DNA of 49,069 nt, counting the filler, from Catajapyx aquilonaris (taxonomy: Eukaryota): the NCBI GenBank assembly GCA_000934665.2. It is 3 parts of 3 records of this genome, joined end to end, with 100 filler letters (N's around TTAATTAATTAA, not from the genome) between each part and the next. Parts side by side here need not be neighbours in the genome. Positions count along the whole stretch, not along the records: positions 32,801 to 49,069 come from JYFJ02007247.1; 2 more parts are not named here. The stretch is one strand, 5' to 3'. A program made the translations under genes and the position numbers. The stretch's first letter is position 1; each line of letters begins with the position of its first letter. Under the pieces are notes generated by a model. The model saw only the letters and a list, made by a program, of their open reading frames with translations. It was not told the DNA's origin and made no database searches. Of the stretch, positions 45,497 through 49,069 are shown in pieces.

Positions 45497-48400
45497 TATT
45501 CGAGGAGTGTCATAGGCCTGGCTAGATATAAAAATCGGCTTCACGGGTCCGGAGCACGTCATTTTTCCGCATTTTTGGGTGCTCGTTACATCGCTTAATT
45601 TTGCGACGGTGTAAATTACTCCCGAATGCAAATGACTTTTTAAAATGGAAAAGTATACATCACACATGTGTAAGAGAGAGAGAGAGAGAGTAAGAGAGGT
45701 CAGTTACACTTACACACAAAAAAAACCTGTTCTGCTGTTGTTAGTTAGCGAGAACTTTACTCCCAAATTCTCTTTATCCCCCCCTTAATGTCGACACCTC
45801 CAAAAGACGAGCTTTGAAGATACCAGTTCCTGGAGTCCAATTCAAATTACATTTATTACCGTACTGCATAGAATAATAACGCCTGAAATGCGTAGCTTAG
45901 AAATAACATTATATCGGGCTTGTCTTGCATTCGCACATCCCAAACATTTTCCGTCTGACTCCTGCCCAAAGGCAGTGCCTTTTGTTGAGATGACGAGTTG
46001 CACATAATTATATCGAACAGTGAAAATTATGACGAATAATTGCAATCTTCCTCCTAATCTACCTATATCTCGTATGGTGGACGCCGGAACACCGGTCCTT
46101 TACTTGCTAAGCTGGGCACCTAGTCGCCGAAATCGACACGATGATGAGTAGCCTCAAGGCCGAGAAGTAGTCGAGTAGCCCCTGCTTCTAAACAGCGCGA
46201 CGTTCAGCGATTTCGGCGAATCGCCGAAAGTCACTGTCTGGAAGTACGTAGATGATCGTATTTTCTGGTGAAAATAAAGGTCGACATTATTAGAGTCTCA
46301 GCTACACTGCTGTAGCAGCTACTAAGTAGCAGACATGATATTTCGTCCCACCACTACTTTGAGGGTGCCACTCCCTCCTTGCCATTTAGTCTTCGGGAAG
46401 GGGCGTATATCATCCCCCCTTCACCACCGAAGCATCGAGCAGCCGAGGACTATACCAAAGCAGAGCTTTTGCTGAGTTAGCTGCTGTATCACCAGCCGGA
46501 GGTCCTGTGTCCTATATATACACTAGTTGGGTCCAGTCCGAGACGTAGCCAGCACCTTTCCTACGTTCGAAATGAAGAAGAAGCCGAATCCAGCAGAAGT
46601 GGAGGGAGAGGGAACAACGAGCCAGCAAACCAGTACGTGCAGCCAGCCACTGACCTGGGGCCCGATACGTATAGTTCATGTTACTAGTCCATTCGACGAT
46701 ATCCGGCATTGGATGACTTGGGAACAGCGGGTCAGTAAATCAGCAGCCTCGTGCAGCCAGCCACGAGCAAGGGGCCAAGGGCCACTGTCTCCCTATACCG
46801 CCAACTGGAGCAGCCAGCAGCAGCCCGAGGGTCCACAGCCACATATCCTCTTTATCTGCCAGGCGAGAAGAAGAGGGGCCTTGCGGACCAGGAGCAACAG
46901 TTGCAGCCAGCCAATTTGCCAGTTAGCCTATACCTGCGCCCAAGAATTATTATTTGTTGAAGCTGAACCCCACTATATGTTCAAGCAGTCTGGTATAAAT
47001 ATACAGGGTGAAGGGATTTTCGCGCCCAATCGTCAGGTGGCTGGACTGATAGTTTTGGGCGCCGTACCGTAGTTAATGCGTATACCGCGCATTTAAAGTT
47101 TCGTGACGTCACATCCGCTCCTGCCAGTTTCAAAGAAGCAAAAGTGAGCTTGGCCTCCGAATAATACGGCCTTGGACCCGTAACTTATCGTCCATGTGCA
47201 ATAGGTGATCAAACACCTTCCTAGAATGAATCCACCCTTGCACTTTGTAATTTTTACCTCATATTCTACCATCTTGCCCTTTAACTATACGCAACGGCGC
47301 CAATTTCGCGTTCCTATATTAGTTTTACGAGTACGATCAGTCTGTACCTGGCGATTGGGGGGTGAACATCCCTTCAGTCACCCTGTATAATTCTGTTTGT
47401 TGGATTTTGACCACTATTTTTCCGCTAATTGAAAAAAAAACAACCAAAAAGGTCTAATTTTCCGCTCTTTTCACCGGAGAGCACAATTATTATTATCCTA
47501 AGTGCAGATTTGGAATCAGCGCAAAAAATAATATGAGAATCACTATTCACGATATATCTTACAACCTTCACCTTCGTTTCCGGTTGGTGCTCGCTGGATG
47601 ATTTCTCGACCCTAGACATTTTCCGGCTCATATTGGGCCATGACGGGAGAGTAGTGACGTATAGACGTCTGACTCACCCTTCACATTGAACCGCCCTCGA
47701 CCTTGCACTGTGGCATGCAATGCTTGGAAATGGTGCCGGGAATACATAATTATATAGACACCTATAGAGGGCTTGTTACAAAGAAATGTTACTAGAAACC
47801 CCCCCCNCCCCAAAATAAACAAACGTATAGAGAAAAGCCCCAATTGAGAGGGAATTGTCGCTGTGAATGGCTCCTTCATCATCGTGCATCAGTCTCAGCC
47901 AGTCGGAGGTGCGGATATGGCAGAAGATGTAAGAGAGAAATGACGTTGCTCGCTGCCTCCTCCTCCTCCTCCTTTCTTTTCCACTACTGTTGTTGTTGTT
48001 GCTAGTGCTGGTCTCCTCCCCCGTTGGCATTGTTGGGATGTCTGTCGTCTGGGAGAGGGAAATGACGTTACGGGTCGAACAAGCGGGTGTAATCCGCTGG
48101 AGGCCGTAGCCGGAGCAGTGGAAAAGGCGATTGAAAAGCTGCACGTATATTATTCTGCTTGTAGTTATATTATAAATTATATATAGGTGGCATTGCCCCC
48201 GCCTCCTCCTCTTCTCCAGCTGCCTCCCCTTTTTTCTCAATAGGATCCAATCACTGTGCCTGGACTCAGAGGAGAAGAACGTGAACGACTCTTCGTCATT
48301 TTTCTTTTCACCCTTATTGGTCTAATGCGCTTATATCAGCATAAAAATACTCTCTCTTTGGAGGAGGATTGCGCTTGTTTTCTCACGTTACAGATAGAGC

Positions 48401-49069
48401 TCGCCTCACACCTGTGCAGACTTCCAGAGGTAAAATGTTCCATCCCGTGGAGTGCACGCCCACTGCAGCTGCCCAACACCTCTGCATATTACTGTAGTGT
48501 ATATAGGCTATACCAACAGCAATACGTAAGGACAAGTTGGCATCCCTGACAAGAGCGTTGAACCTGGCTATTTGGACAGAAATACACTGTACTCCCGATT
48601 ATCCGGGTGCTGATTATCCGTGCATCGCCCAAAAAATCACATTTAAAATTAGCTGCGCTGTATTTGGCAACGTGTAATATGGTGCACATAACTCGCATTG
48701 CAGATGTTGCAACGGCTGTTACGGTACCGTAAACTCTGAAAGGATTCCACCAGCAAGGGATTTATGTAGTGCATAGTTACAGGGTGGTGGAAAAGCTGCG
48801 CAATCTCGGATTTTGACTTCTTTCTGAATTCTAAATATTGATTTTGGCCGTTTCTGCTTCATTGCGGGGATAATGGCCTGTTCAGTTTATAGGATTGAGA
48901 TAAAAACTGGTGATAGGGCCTATATGTTGCTGCGCGTAAGGGGACCCAAATATGCAGCAGGATGTTTGGGTGGCGCCTAGTGAGCAGGAAGAGCCCTAAT
49001 CGTCACCGTCTGATGCCAAGGCAATAATTAGAACCCCAATAAGCTATACTGCGAATCCGAAACCCCCCC

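Noticed and set aside
46527..48240. 181-aa plus-strand and 154-aa minus-strand ORFs
   Set aside because: Low complexity, no recognisable family, no supporting exon chain; cannot be supported without transcript data.

Overview
Eukaryotic (metazoan, probably arthropod) genomic DNA with spliceosomal introns, made of three contigs joined by 100-nt N/TTAATTAATTAA gap fillers at 16271-16370 and 32701-32800. Contig 1 has the first coding exon of a secreted protein and a tandem cluster of C2H2 zinc-finger paralogs: one split by an inversion, one with a 1-nt frameshift and one intact with 13 fingers. They share an unusual acidic N-terminal module rich in SUMO consensus motifs (IKxE..TEETWLL(R/Q)(I/V)K). 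A neighbouring minus-strand locus fuses that same module to a Sola1-transposase-like putative DNA-binding region. Contig 2 has a 9-exon secreted gene (coiled coil, Ig, PLAC; papilin-derived tail) and a tandem family of 3, possibly 4, spliced Cys-rich microprotein genes largely missed by the ORF track, one with a (CGDCD)n tail. It also has a 3.1-kb hAT-type element carrying nested MITEs. Contig 3 has the 3' exons of INPP5F/Sac2, preceded by an apparent duplicated alternative terminal exon, and an 880-bp branched-palindrome element. All gene models were built by hand from splice signals and reading-frame phase. Family assignments come from recalled motifs, not database searches.
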